From NCBI RefSeq assembly GCF_004010195.1, contig NW_025215375.1, positions 62,001 to 126,000 of the forward strand: a DNA stretch of 64,000 nt, in the 5' to 3' direction. Made by a program: the position numbers and the translations under genes. The notes under the pieces are model-generated. The model did not search any database. It was not told the origin of the DNA and saw only the letters and a program-made list of their open reading frames with translations. This document shows, one piece after another, positions 48,298-61,190 of this stretch (position 1 is the first letter of the stretch; every line of letters starts with the position of its first letter). The DNA comes from Chiloscyllium plagiosum. Its lineage: Eukaryota.

Positions 48298-48989
48298 CAG
48301 AACAAAGAACATTCCAGTACAGGAACAGGCTATTCGGCGGTCCAAGCCTGCGCCGATCCAAATCCTCTATCTCAACCTGTCTCCTATTTTCTAAAGGTCT
48401 GTATCCATACACTCCCTGCCCATTCATGTATCTTCTGGAAACATCTTAAATGAGCACCACTGGTCACGTTCTCAATTTTGAGAAACTCCCTTCCCCTACT
48501 ACGCTCTGTCCCCTGTTGCCAAGCCAGTTCTTTATCCATGTAGCTAGCACACCCTGGACACCATGTGACTTCACTTTCTCCATAACCCGACCATGGGAAA
48601 TCTTAACAAACTTCTTCCTGAAGTCCATGTATATGACATCTACAGCCCCTCCCTCATCAAGCAACTTTGTCACTTCCTCAAATAATTCTATTAAGTCGGT
48701 AAGACCTGACCTTCCCTACACTAAACCATGTTGCCTCTCACTGATAAGACCATTTTCATTCAAATGAGAATAGATCCTATCCCTCAGTAATTCTCTCGGT
48801 GTTTCCCTACCCCAGACGTCAGGCTCACCGGTCTATTATTAACTGGATTATTCATGCTACCCTTCTTTAACAAGGGGATTAGAAACTTCCCAGTCCTCCG
48901 TGACCTCAGTTGTGTTCAAGGATGTTACAGAGATATCTGTCCAGGCCCCAGCTATTTCTTCTCTCCCTTCCCTCAGTAATCTTGGATAG
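48298..48989 (-). mobile_element. Truncated, internally deleted CR1 nested in the Rex/Babar LINE
   Basis: agaacaaagaac tail; LLDEGGAVDVIYMDFRK..KISHGRV; candidate TSD atgt (48294-48297 and 48990-48993). Confidence 0.85.
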
Positions 48990-49537
48990 ATGTTGGCAGC
49001 CTTTCTGCTGCAACGAGCCGTGTAAGTAGAGTCAATGGTTGGTAAATTGGAGTCCGTCATAGTCTGGGCTGTGAACACAATCTTTTGTAGTTTCTGATGT
49101 TCCTGTGTAGAGTGTTGCCGTTCCAGGCCATCACGCACCTGGACACGACGTTCACAATAGTGCATCTGTAGAAGTAGCGCATGATAAAAATCCTGAGCCA
49201 AGTAAGGAAGGAGAGACGTTTATGAACCATCTTGACTGTCACACCTATGTGAGAAGTCCAGGGTAGTTTACCAGTTATCATCACTCCGAGAGACTTGACG
49301 CTCTGCACTGTCTCGACCGTTGATGTAGATAATGGCCTTGTTCCCCTCCTTCCGTTCTAAAGTCAATGATCAGTTCTTTACTTTTGCTGAATTTGAGAGG
49401 GAGGTTATTATCATTCCACCATGCCATCAAACCCACTGTCTCTTTTCTGTATTCAGACACATCGTTGTTTTAAATCACTCCTTGCTTTGGTGATGCCAGC
49501 AACAAAATTATAGTTGGCATTGTTTGGAATTTGGCAA

Positions 49538-50262
49538 CACAGCCACGTGTGTAACGGAGTACATTAGGGGGCTGAGGACAAACCCGTGTGTGTACAGGGA
49601 GTACAGTGGACGGCTGATGAAACAACCGTGTTTATACAGGAGTACAATAAGAGGATGATGACAAAGCCATCTGTGTACAGGGAGTACAGTAGCTGGCTGA
49701 TGACACAGCCCTGTCTGGACAGGAGTACAGTAGGGGGCTGATGACACAGCCGTGTGTTTACAGGATGTACAGTAGGGGATGCGGACACAACCGTATGGGT
49801 ACAGGGAGTGGAGTAGTGGTCTGATGACATAGCCGTGTGTGCATAGAGAGCACAGTATGGGGCTGAGGACACAGCCGTGGGTGTACAGGGAGTACAGTAG
49901 GGGGCTGCAGGTACTGCCGTGGGTGTACACCGAGTACAGTAGGGAACAGAGGGACACAGTCGTGTGTGTACAGGGAGCACAGTAGGGGGCTGAGGACACA
50001 GCCGTGTATGTACAGGGAGTACAGTAGGGGGCCGAGGACACAGCTATGGCGTATAATGAATACAGTAAGGGCCTGAGGGCACAGCTGTGGGTGTACAGGG
50101 TGTAGAGTAGGTGGCTGAGGACACAGCCATGTGTATACAGGGAGTACAGTAGCAGGCTGAGGACACAGCTGTGTGTGTACAGGGAGTACAGTTGGGGGCT
50201 GAGGGCACATCTCTTGGTGTACAGGGAGTGCAGTCGAGGGTGAGGACACAGCCGTCGGTGTG
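49538..50262 (-). repeat. About 17 x 42-bp minisatellite encoding GCVLSPLLYSLYTH on the minus strand
   Basis: Consensus cacagccgtgtgtgtacagggagtacagtagggggctgagga; 17 units of 41-43 bp counted by eye plus a partial unit. Confidence 0.95.
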
Positions 50263-51124
50263 CAGGGAAGCCGCGACTCAGGTCACGGAATTTTGAGATC
50301 AGTCTGGAGGGGTTAATGATGTTTAAGGTTAAGCTATCGTCAATGAGCAGGAGTCTGGTGTAGGTATCTTTGTTGTCCAGATGTCCTTGGGATGAATGCA
50401 GGGCTTGGGATATGGCATCTGTTATGGACCCGTTACATCAGTCGGCATATTATAGGGGATCAAGTCAGGCTGGGTGACTGGAGGTGATGTGGGCCATAAC
50501 CAGCCTTTCAAATCACTCCATATTTATAGTGGTTAGAGCCACTGGGCGATAATCAAGTCATTAAAGCATGAGCTTTCTCACTTACAAGGTTGATGTTGGT
50601 CTTCTTGAAGCAGGTTGGGACTTCAGCTTGTGGGAGGGAAAGGCTGAAATTATATGTGAATACTTCTGCCAGTTGGTCCTCACAGGATCTGATGCTCAGC
50701 CGGGAACACTATCCAGGCCCGTTGCTTTCCTTGATTTGACCTGCAGGAAGAGTGATCATGCCTGCAGCGGTGACAGCAGGCACAGGTACATCCGAGGCTG
50801 TCGTTACAGGTTTCAGCCTGGCAGTCACACAGTTATTCATCATAGACATCCCCTCGCTGACCTCCCTCCATCGTCATCAATACACAGCGACATGGTTGGT
50901 GTGAGCACGACTCAGTTAGTGTTGAGACGGAGTGACATCAATAGACTGGGATTGTGCGCCATAAGGAAGTAAACTCACAACAAAAGGGGTAGGGTGTGCT
51001 TCTACTGAGAGTCAGCGGTGCAGGGAGTGAAGACTTTACAGGTGTAATTCAAGTCAAGCCAATGTTTCAACCTGAATGGAGTCAAGCATCTTGACTGTTG
51101 TGTCTTGGAGATGGTGGACGGTCC

Positions 51125-51812
51125 TTAGGGAGCCAGGAAAAGTATTATGTATGAACAAACTGAACAAAGGACTTGAGGGCAGTTTTGCTAAGTTTTCAAA
51201 TAATATTGAGGAAGTGGGGAAGCTGCAGAAAAGCTTGAACAGTTTAGGACTGTGGGAAAACACGTGGCTGATGGAACACAATATGGAACGTGTGAGAATA
51301 TGCACTTTGGTAGGCGGAATAGAGGAGACACTATGTTCTAATAGGATCCATTAATTCTGAAGCAGAAAAGAATTTTGAAGAACTCGTCCTCTCATATGGT
51401 TAATCTGCATGTTCAGTTGGCAGTTAGGAAAGCAGAAGCAACGTCCGCATTCATTTCAAAAGAGCAAGAATGCAAGACGGGAGACATATTGCTGAGAATG
51501 TAATGGGCTATGGATAGACGGCATTTGGCCAATTGTGAGGTGATTTGGACACTATCTCTGGAGAAAGATCTGCTGGTGTTGGAGGTGATCCATTCTGGGA
51601 ATGACGGCTTGTCATATGAGCGGCAGTGTGTGTCTTCGATGGAATTTAGAAGAATTGTTAGGGGGGTTGGGGGGTCTGATTGAAACTAATGGATTACTGC
51701 AAAGATTGATACAGTCAGTGTGTAGAAGATATTTCCACTTTTCATAGAGAAAATGACAATATCAGAGTGAAGGAACGGGCTGAATGGCCTAAATCTGTTG
51801 CTATATCTCATG
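51125..51812 (+). mobile_element. Decayed CR1 3' fragment
   Basis: FAKFSNN, LQKSLNSLGLWENTWLMEHN; tail gaacgggctgaatggcctaaatctgttgctatatctcatg. Confidence 0.75.
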
Positions 51813-52269
51813 CCGTTTAAGTCATAGGGTCTATTATTCAGTACAGAATTGTAAGTATCTGACCTGCTCTTGTAACCCTTGTATTCGTATGTTGATTTGA
51901 CTTCATGTTCTGGTCAATGGGACCCCTGCGATATGGACATTGGGAAGATTCAGTGTCAACCAGTAAACCATTAATATTTTGAATATAAGCTGCGATCAGC
52001 GAGTCTCATCTGGCGAGAGTACATTCTCCCTACGATGATTGTCATTTTCTACCTGGTATTTTTGAGAGATTGATCCTGTTACGCCAGTATTGTTGATTTA
52101 AACAAAACAGATGCAATTTATCACAGCACTCATCAACAATAAGTCATCGAATACTGAACACCCTTTTAATTACAGAAAAGTCTAAAATGTTCAATATTAG
52201 AAACATTGCTTTCCTGTTCATGTTCAAACCAGATAACCTGTCCCATCGAGATGCTCAACTTGGAACTAT

Positions 52270-54760
52270 TTTTTTAAAAAGTCTTTTTTTGAATGTGGGC
52301 ATCGCTGGATGTGCCCAGCATTTCTTGCCCGTTCCCAGTTGCTCTTGAGAAGGTGGTGCTGAGCTGCCTTCTCGAACTGCTGCAATCTACCTGCTGGGCA
52401 ATGACCCACTAGTGATTAAGGAGGGAATTCCAGGGTTTTCACGCAGCAACAGTGAAGGAAAGGCGATATATTTCCAAATCAGGATGTTGACTGGTTTGGA
52501 GGGGAATGTGAAGGTGGTGGGGTTCCCAAAAGTCTACTGGCCTTGTCATTCCAGATGGAAGTATTCGTGAGATTGGAAGGAGCTGTCTGAGGATCTTTGG
52601 GGAATTTCTCCATAGTGTCTTGCAGATAGTGCACACTGCTGCTTCTGAGTGATTATGGTGAAGTGAGTGAATGCTTGTGGATGTGGTACAAATCAAATGG
52701 GCTGTTCTGTCCTGGATTGTGTCAACAATCTTCAGTGTTGTTGGGGCTGCAACCATTCAGGCAAGTGAGGATATTCCAACTCATTCCTGACTTGTGCCTT
52801 TTAGATAATGTACAGGCTTTGGTTGTCAGGAGGTGAGTCAGTCGTGCAGTATTCCTAGCCTCTGATCTGCTGTAATATTCATGTGGCGAGTCTGGTTGAG
52901 TTTCTGGTCAATGATACACCCAGGATAATGATAGTGGGGGAGTTTAGAGATGATTATGCTGCTGAATACAAAGTGGTTATATTGTTTCTTGTTGATGACA
53001 GTCATTGTCTGAATTTATGTGGCGCAAATGCTCCTTGCCACTTGTCAGCCCAAGTCTGGATATTGTCCAGACCTTGTTGCTTTGTGCATGGACTGCTTCC
53101 TTATCTGAGCATTTGCGAATGGTGTTAAATATTGTGCAGTCATCATCGAATATCTCCACTTCCGACCTTATGATGGAAGGAAGGTCTAATAACTTTTCTG
53201 TTATTAGATGCAGCTGAAGATGTTTGGACCTAGGACATTATCCTAAGGGACTACTGTAGAGATGTTCTGGAGCTGAGATGACTGACCTCCAACAACAATG
53301 ACCATTTTCCTATCTGTCAGGTATGACTCCAATAATGCTGTTTTGGCCTGAGATACCATTTTTGCTTGGGGTCCTTGATGTCACATTTGTCAGAATGTAG
53401 CCTTGATATCCCGGGGTGGAATTCAGTTCCTTTTCTATGTTTGAACCAAGGCTATGACGAGTTCAGGAGCTGACTGACCCTGGCAAACCCCAAACTCGGC
53501 GTCACTGAGCAGGTTAGTTTTGAGCAGGTGCTGCTTGATAGCACTGCTGATGACACCTTACATCATTACTGATGATAGAGAGTAGACTGATTAGGCGGTA
53601 TTTGGACGGGTCGAATTTATCCTGCGTTTTATGTACAGAACATACTTGAGCAGTTTTTTCCCCATTGTCGATTTGCAAACATACGGGCACAGCTTGGCTA
53701 GGGGAACGGGATGTTCTGGAGCACAAGTCTTCAGGACTATTGCCGGCATGTTATCAGGGCCCATAGCCGTTGCAGTATCCAGTGCCTTCAACCGTTTCTT
53801 GTTATCAGTTAATCGAATTTGCTGAAGAATGCTATTTGTAATGATGGGGACCACCGGAGGAGGCCGAAATGGATCATCCACTCAAAACTTCTGACTGAAG
53901 ATTGCAACGAAAGCTTCAGACTTATATTTTGCACTGATGTACTGTGCTCTTCCATCATTTGGGTTGGGTATATCTGTGGAGACTCCTACTCCGTGAGTTG
54001 TTTAATTGTCCGCCACCATTCACGATCGGATTAGGAGGACTGCAGAGCTTAATTCTGATGCATTGGTTCCGTGATCGCTAAGCTCTGTCTGTCCCTTGCT
54101 GTTTATGTTGTCTGGCACGAAGTATTTCTGTTTGGAAGCTTCAGCAGATGAACATTTTATTTTTATATATTCTTGGTTCTGATCCAGGCATTCTCTCCTG
54201 TATGCTCCATTGAACAAGGGTTAATCCTCTGGTTTGATGGTAATGTTTGAGTGGGGGACATGCTGGGTCGTGACATTATAGATTGTGCAGCAGTATAGTT
54301 CTGCTGAAATGGATGGTCCACAGTATCTTATGGACGCTAATAGACGTTGTCTCCACAAGGACAGTGTGATGGTCACTTTTACCAATACTGTCATGGACAG
54401 ACACATCTGCAGTTAGTAGATTGGTCAGGTATGTTTTTTTTTACCCACTCTTTCTTTCCCTCACTACCTGCTGCTGTTCCAATCTAGTAGCTATGTCCTT
54501 TAGGACCCATCCAGCGTCATCAGTCGTAATCCTGCCAAAACCACTCTTGATGGTCGACTTTGAAATCTCCCGGTCAGAATACACTTTGTGCCCTTGCCAC
54601 AGTCAGTGCTTTCTCCAAGTGTTGTTTAACATGGAGGAGGACTGATTCAGATGAGGAACGACGTTACGTGGTAATCAGTGAGGGACTCCTTCGTCTATGT
54701 TAATTTCTGTCATTTCCATAAGATATGATTCCGTGAGTATGGCTATGTCAGGCTGTTGCT
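52270..54760 (-). mobile_element. CR1/L2-group LINE (APE plus RT, decayed)
   Basis: EIFDDDCTIF, YRLISLLSIIS, KALDTATAMGPDNMPAIVLKTCAPE, HSLHH..SEAAVCTICK; T-rich 3' terminus at 52268-52290. Confidence 0.85.
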
Positions 54761-54761
54761 A

Positions 54762-55798
54762 AACTGAAACACACACTGGATCATCAACGCCACACTCACC
54801 GGAATCCGATTCACTAGAGAGGAAGAAAAGAACAACTGACTCACATTCCTGGATGTGATGGTACGGAGAACACCTCATGGAGAATTCACCACAAAGGTAT
54901 ACAGGAAAGCCACACCCACAGACCAAGTCCTGAACTACGAAAGCAGCCACCCCAACACATACAAAAGAAGTTGTATCAAGACACTGTTCAAAAGGGCCAC
55001 AACACACTGCAGTACACCAGAACTGCAAACAGAGGAAGAAGAATACCTATACAATGAATTCGCCAAAAACGGATACCCGCGCAATTTCATCAACAGATGC
55101 CTCAGGGAAAGACAACGGAACGAGGACATGCCGCAAACCAAAGGACTAGCCACACTACCATACATCAGGAGCATTTCCGAACTGACAGCCAGACTACGAC
55201 CACTAGGACTCATATCAGCATACAAACCAGCAGCCACTCTCAGACAACAACTCATCAGAACAAAGGACCCGATACCCAGCATGAGCAAAACCAACGTAGT
55301 GTACAAAATCCAATGCATGGACTGCACACATCACTACATAGGACAAACGGGAAGACAGCTAATGATCCGTATCCATGAACACCAACTAGCCACGAAAGGA
55401 CTCGACCAGCTATCCTTAGTAGCCACACACGCAGATGACAAGCAACATGATTCGACTGGGACAACACTACTATTAGAGGACAAGCCAAACAGAGAACAGC
55501 CAGGGAATTCTTAGAGGCATGGCACTCATCCACAGATTCAATCAATAAGCACATCGAACTGGACCCAATATCGTGAACAATGCAACGGACAGCAGGAACG
55601 GACAACCAGAAGCGGCAGATACAAACCACTACAAAAATGCCGAAGGAAACATCACAGAAGCGCTTCACAGGAGGTTCCCAAGCACTGAGGATGTCACCTA
55701 GACAGGGGACTAAACGTCTGCAACATAAATTCCCAGCTCGGCGAATAGAACCACAACAACGCGCACCCGAGCTACAAATCTTATCACAAACTTTGAAC
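54762..55798 (+). mobile_element. 5'-truncated Penelope-like element (RT C-terminus, GIY-YIG endonuclease, 3' pseudo-LTR)
   Basis: IRFTREEE, FLDVMV, TKVYRKATPTDQVLNYESSHP, NGYPRNFI, LPYI, VVYKIQCMDCTHHYIGQTGRQLMIRIHEH (ORF 54855-55514). Confidence 0.95.
55682..55721 (+). ncRNA. Penelope-type minimal hammerhead ribozyme with a core mutation (GAAA to TAAA)
   Basis: GCA-CTGAGGA-T-GTCACC-TAGACA-GGGGAC-TAAA-CGTC-TGC; stem I GCA/TGC; stem II with one mismatch. Confidence 0.65.
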
Positions 55799-56728
55799 AA
55801 CCTTATCTCTTTATACTTTCCATATTTTGGTGTGAGCAGAAAATCATTTTGTTCCTGTATTTTATATTGCATAAACGCATTTCATTAATGCTGTCTCTGT
55901 TAATTGCTCATTGTAGATGTATTCTTGAACCTGCTCTTCATGTGAGTTATGACGAGTAACATTCCAATTCTGGTAAATGGGGAACATCACTGTCCCTCCA
56001 CCCAGTCTAATCAGCCATGTCCCCCAGTCCTCTCCGTTTTCTGTCTTTTCCCCAATATCATAATCACAATGTAATTAAAGTCCATTAAATGACACTTCAT
56101 GACAGTTCCTTAACATCGGTAAGATCAACAGCATGACCCACAGCTGCCCTCTCTGATCCTGAAATAACAATCTGAACTGTGTTTGCCATGTGCAATTCTC
56201 TGTTAACATATCCGTGCTGTTTGTTTGTTGGAACCCACGTTTTGTTTGGCACATTTTGCTATCAGATCATGGATGATAGATGTTTTCTCAATGTTTTATT
56301 GATTTTGCAATGACTGATCAGTAGTTACGGGATTTATGTCTGTATTTATGAACAGAGAAGCATGTTTATGATCCGGTAAACTTCTGGCATCACTTCTATA
56401 TCCAAGACTGACTGAATGATTACACACAATCAATCTGACATCTTCAACATTCCTTCCTTCAGTCACACACGCATGTCACACCCAGAATGCATAAATGTTC
56501 AAAGTTATTTTTAATTTTAATAAAGTAGCACTGAATTCAAAGTGGTTAACTGGAGCTATTTGTTCAGCGATTGTAATTATATCAGTCTCATGATTCGTAT
56601 GCGTCCCTAGAGAGTTTCTCTCTCCTATCAATAAGGGAATGCTTTCAGTGTTTTACCCAATAATGTGAGTGGGAGCATGTCCAACAGCAGGAAGAGGGGT
56701 TAGCAGCTTCAGAGAGAAAGGCAGTAGA

Positions 56729-56812
56729 GATGAAAATCTGGGAACATTAGACTGGAATGTTCCAACAATGGATCAGAATCTGGGAATATTAGACTGGAAT
56801 GTTCCAACAATA
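56729..56812 (+). repeat. 2 x 42-nt in-frame tandem repeat homologous to 33660-33785
   Basis: Units 56729-56770 (ends ATG) and 56771-56812 (ends ATA). Confidence 0.92.
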
Positions 56813-56942
56813 GATAGGAGCTTATCCTATGGTCTTTACTGGCTTTCCCAGCCTTGGATATCATTAGCATCGCGGATTGAAGATGTACTGATGGTTATTC
56901 AAGCTGGTTACTATCTTATCCTTGCTATGGTTTGTCCGCCTG
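56768..56942 (+). CDS. GPR139-like: First coding exon of a GPR139-like class A GPCR, copy 2
   Basis: MDQNLGILDWNVPTIDRSLSYGLYWLSQPWISLASRIEDVLMVIQAGYYLILAMVCPP then G|GTAAGT (phase 1); clear paralog of 33699-33915. Exon 2 is not in the window. Confidence 0.75.
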
Positions 56943-58493
56943 GTAAGTCACTCGATCTATTTAGTGAAATGGTCTAAACTGAACCGATGCTCATGATATG
57001 TAGATTTTGGAAAGGTGCTAGCCAACGTTTTCAGCTTCAATCAAAGATCCCATTCCTTAGAAATTAGAACTAGTAAACTGTTATTTACAAATTACTAACC
57101 AATACGCGACGGTAAAACACACTGTTCTCATCCACTTTGATTCGTTTGCTCCTGCAAAGTGTACATCTCCATATCCTCCCCACATACCAATTCTGTCCAG
57201 TACTACCATTAAGACATCCCAGTCAACACTTCAATTCCTGAATAAACCAGCGTTTGTGCCTTTGTGAATTCCAGATCCATCTGTTTCATGTCACTTCTAA
57301 CCACGTGTCCATTGTAAACTAATTGCACTTGAGATGTTTAACTTGTTCTCTGCACAAAATCTGAAAGATGGGCAGACAGTATATGGTGGGTCACGTCATT
57401 TGCTCGTATTATAGAACCACAGAATGATACTCTGTTGATATCGGCTTGCCTTATGCCTATTAGAGAAGGCAGTGGGTCACCCTTCTCTGGTCAAGTCTCT
57501 GATTAACTACAAACCCACGGCAATTTGTTTTACTATTTATTGTCCTGTGGAACAGCTGAACCAGCCACTCAGGTCAAGATCGGCATAACATGCTGGCCTG
57601 ACTATGGCTGCACACGTCCCGTGAGGACAGAACAAATGCAAAGGTAGCTCCCTTCTTCTGCTTGCATCCCATATTCCAACAGCTCATTTCTACTCAGGTA
57701 GGTAGCCATTCACTGTTTTAGATGTATTCCTTGTGATTGAGTCTCTCCCAAGAGTGATGTCCATCTCCATGGGCACCTCTGGTGCTGGCTTTGTTGATGC
57801 TAACCTACAGATGTAAGGATGTTTTAAATTCCACATCAGCGGCAGTGCATTGGAAATGAATTATTTCCTGTGTCACACGAAAGAAATCGAGCCAGATAAG
57901 TGAGGGAAATGAATTATTGTGATCAAACCTGAGAGTGTTGTTGAGGCAGTATTTGGGGTATTGTGGACAGATTTTCTTTCCTTTATATGGAGTGACCTCC
58001 TTACCACAGAGAGAGTGAAGAGGAGTTCGGCCAGCTTAATCCCTGCGATGATGGCACCATGAGGAGTAAGTGAAGGTTGATCTGTAGCACTGTGAGAGAA
58101 TAAGACGTGATTGTATTGAACCCTGAGAGGGATGGACAATCACTCCTTATATTCTAAACAGACAGTGAAAATGTGATAAATTCCATGACTGCTATGTCAC
58201 TCAGGATGCATGATTCAGGATAGCTTAAGTGCCTGGGCAGACGTTACGCCCGCCCACCCCAACACCTACTCCCCATTGAGAGAGACGGAGAGGTCCAAGT
58301 TTTGAATAAACTGTCCCCACATTAATACAGTGCAGTCGGTGTGTGTTCCTGCACTGAATGTCATATTATCCACCACCCCGACAGCAGTAACAATACCTTC
58401 ATTCTAAAACAGTTAACTATGCCCAACAGCTCGTGACCTTTATGAGGAACATGAATCTATCTTCTCGGAGATGCAAGGTACTTCCTTAAGGTT

Positions 58494-61190
58494 TAGAACA
58501 GAAAACTATAAGACATTGGAGCATAAATTATGACAGTTAGCCCATCAGGTCTGCTCCGTCATTCAATCATCACTGCTATGTTTCTCAAACCCATTCTCCG
58601 ATCTTCTCCCCATAACCCTTCATTCCCTGGATAATCAAAAACTATCTATCTGTGTCTCAAACATACTCAATGACCTGACCCCACAACCTTCTGTGGCAAT
58701 AAATTTGAAAGATTCACCATTCTATGGTTAAATAACTTTCTCCTTATCTCTGTTCTAAAAGGCGTTCCCTTTCATCTAAGGTTGTGCCCTCAGATTCTAG
58801 TCCAATGGAAACATCTTATCAACATCCACTCTCTCCCGGTCATTTCGTATTCTGTCTATTTCAATTGCATTCCCTCTCATCCTTTCAAACTTTATCAAGT
58901 ATAGACCCAGAGTACTCAAACATTCCTCATGCTATAAGCTTTTCATTCCTATGACTATTCTCGTGAAAATCCTCTGAACACATTCCAGGACCAGTACATC
59001 CTTCCTGAAGTACGGAGCTCAAAAATGAGCACAATACTCCAAATGTGGTCTGACCAGAGCCGTATACAGTCAGTTCTTATATTCAATTCTTCTCGTAGTA
59101 AATGCTCCCAATCATAATTGCAATTGCCCTCCCAACTACTGCCTCAAACTGCAAGCTGACCTTGAGAGAACCCGGCAGTAGAACTCCCAAGTCCCTTTGC
59201 ACTTCAGATTTCTGAATTTTCTCGCCATTTAGAAAATAGACCATGCATCAGTTCTTCGTGCCAAAGTGCATGACCTCACACTTTCCGACGTTGGAATGCA
59301 TCTGACGATTTCTTTACCTGTCCAAATTCTTGTTCAGCCTCTCCGCTTCCTGAATACGACCTGTCCATCTGCCTATCTTTGCATCGTCTTCAAACCTAAC
59401 CAGAGTGCCTTCAATTCCCTCATCAAGGTTCGTTAATGTAACAAATAAAAAGTTATGATTCCAACACTGAGCATTCTGGATCACCACTTGTCCCCGGCTG
59501 CCATCCTGAGAAGTACTCTTTTATCCCCACTCTCTGCTTTCTGCCAGACAGCCAAGCTTCTATCTTTGCCACTACTTTGCCTCTAACACCACGGACCCTT
59601 ATCATACTCAGTAATCTCCTGTGTGACACCTTGTCAAAGGCCTTATTGAATTCCAGGTGGATAATATCCATTGGCTGTGCTTGATCGAGCTGCTCATTTC
59701 CTCTTCAAAGAATTCCAATAGATTTGTCAGTCATTATTTTCCCTTGATGAAATCATGCTGACTCTGCCCTATTTTACCAAACACTTTCAACTATTCAGAA
59801 ATCTCATCCTTCACAATGGATTCCAGGATCTGACCCACGTCTGAGGTTAAACTATTCATGGTGTTTTTTTGTCTTTTTCCTTACTCTCTTGTTAAAAAGG
59901 GGTGTAAAGTTAGTGGGTTTCCAGTGCTCTGGGAGCGTTCCTTACTCTAGTGATTCCTGAAAGATCACCACGATTTCCTCCACTCCCTCTTCAGCTATCT
60001 CCCTTATAATACTGGGATGTAGCCCATCTGGTTAAAGTTATTTATCCACATTTGGCCCATTACATTTTTTTCTAGCATGCCCCTCATTCTCTTGAATGTT
60101 TAAGGTATTACTCGTGCCTTCCACCATGAAACATGATGCAAAGTAATTATTCAGTTCATTGGCCATTTTCTCGTTTCCCACTGCTATCTCTCCAGTATCA
60201 TTTTCCAGCAGTCCAAATGTTCACTTTTGCCACTCTTTTGAACTGGCTTGCTTACCCCCATATTTAATAATCTCCCTCTCTATGTTATTTTGTTTGCCCT
60301 CTGTTTTGTCTTTGTAAGCTTTCCAATCCTCAGATTTTCCACTGCACTTTGCCAGATTATATACTTTCTCTTTTGCTTTTATCCTATACTTGACTACCCG
60401 AGTCAGCTATGGTTGCCCCATCCTCCCTATACATGCCTCTTTTTCCTCAGGATAAATTTCTGCTGTATCCTGAACTAATCCAAAAATCTCCTGCCATTGC
60501 TGTTGGAGCAGTCTTTCCTGCTGGGCCCGTCTCGTAGTCAATTCTACCCAGCTCCACATTCATGTCTGTGTAATTGTTTTTATTCAGCTGTAATGCAGTT
60601 ACTTCTGATTCTAACTTTTCCATTTGAAATTGCAGAGTGAATTCAATTATATTATGATCACTTCACCTTAGGCTCCCCTCACCTTGTCTGCCTGCACAAG
60701 CTGCCCCAAAAAACCATCTCATAGACATTTCACACATTCCTTTTCCTGCCAACCGTTATCAATCTGAAATCCTAGTCAATCTGTAAAATAAAATCCCACA
60801 TGATACCTGCAACTTTGACTTTCCTACACATCTTTCTAGCTCCTGGTGTATCTTACACCCGCGCCCCCTTTATATAACCCCAACTGCATTTTCTCACTTT
60901 TTTGATTCCTCAATTCTACCGACACAGATTCTACACCATCTGACCTTATTTCACTTCTTATTATTGATCATTGATGAAATTTCATTCTTAATACTGAGAC
61001 AACTCTATCTCTCTGCACACCTACCTATCTTTTCGACCTATACTTGAATATTCATCTCCCAACCCTGATCATCTTGCAGCGATGTCACTGTAATGCCCAC
61101 TATGTCGTACCTGCCAATTTATGGATGAGTCACAAGCTCATTTACCTTATTCCTTATACTGCATGCATTCCGATATAATAGTTCAGTCCT
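58494..61190 (-). mobile_element. Decayed CR1 LINE (3' end, RT, APE)
   Basis: tagaacagaaaactataagacattggagc tail; DIIHLEFNKAFDKVSHRRLL; WLSGRKQRVGIK; SDHNII near 60650. Confidence 0.88.

Larger units (their letters stand above)
48130..50800 (-). mobile_element. Rex1/Babar-clade LINE (RT region, decayed) with a nested CR1 and an RT-derived minisatellite
   Basis: Minus strand YRPVALTT..M..FERLVMAHI, LDPL, TDAISQALHS..GHLDNKDTYTRLLLID, SRLISKFRDL (50275-50565); GCVLSPLLYSLYTH; KSLGVMITGKLPWTSHI; RYFYRCTIVNV; TARCSRKAANI. Confidence 0.85.

Noticed and set aside
49508..50249. Cys/Pro/Tyr-rich ORFs resembling keratin-associated or structural proteins; array superficially CRISPR-like
   Set aside because: They are translations of a head-to-tail 42-bp minisatellite from a LINE RT motif. 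There are no unique spacers or cas genes, and the context is eukaryotic.
57620..58250. Possible decayed RTE-type LINE on the minus strand, or GPCR exon 2
   Set aside because: No GPCR motifs or long hydrophobic frame; RTE similarity is too weak to call.
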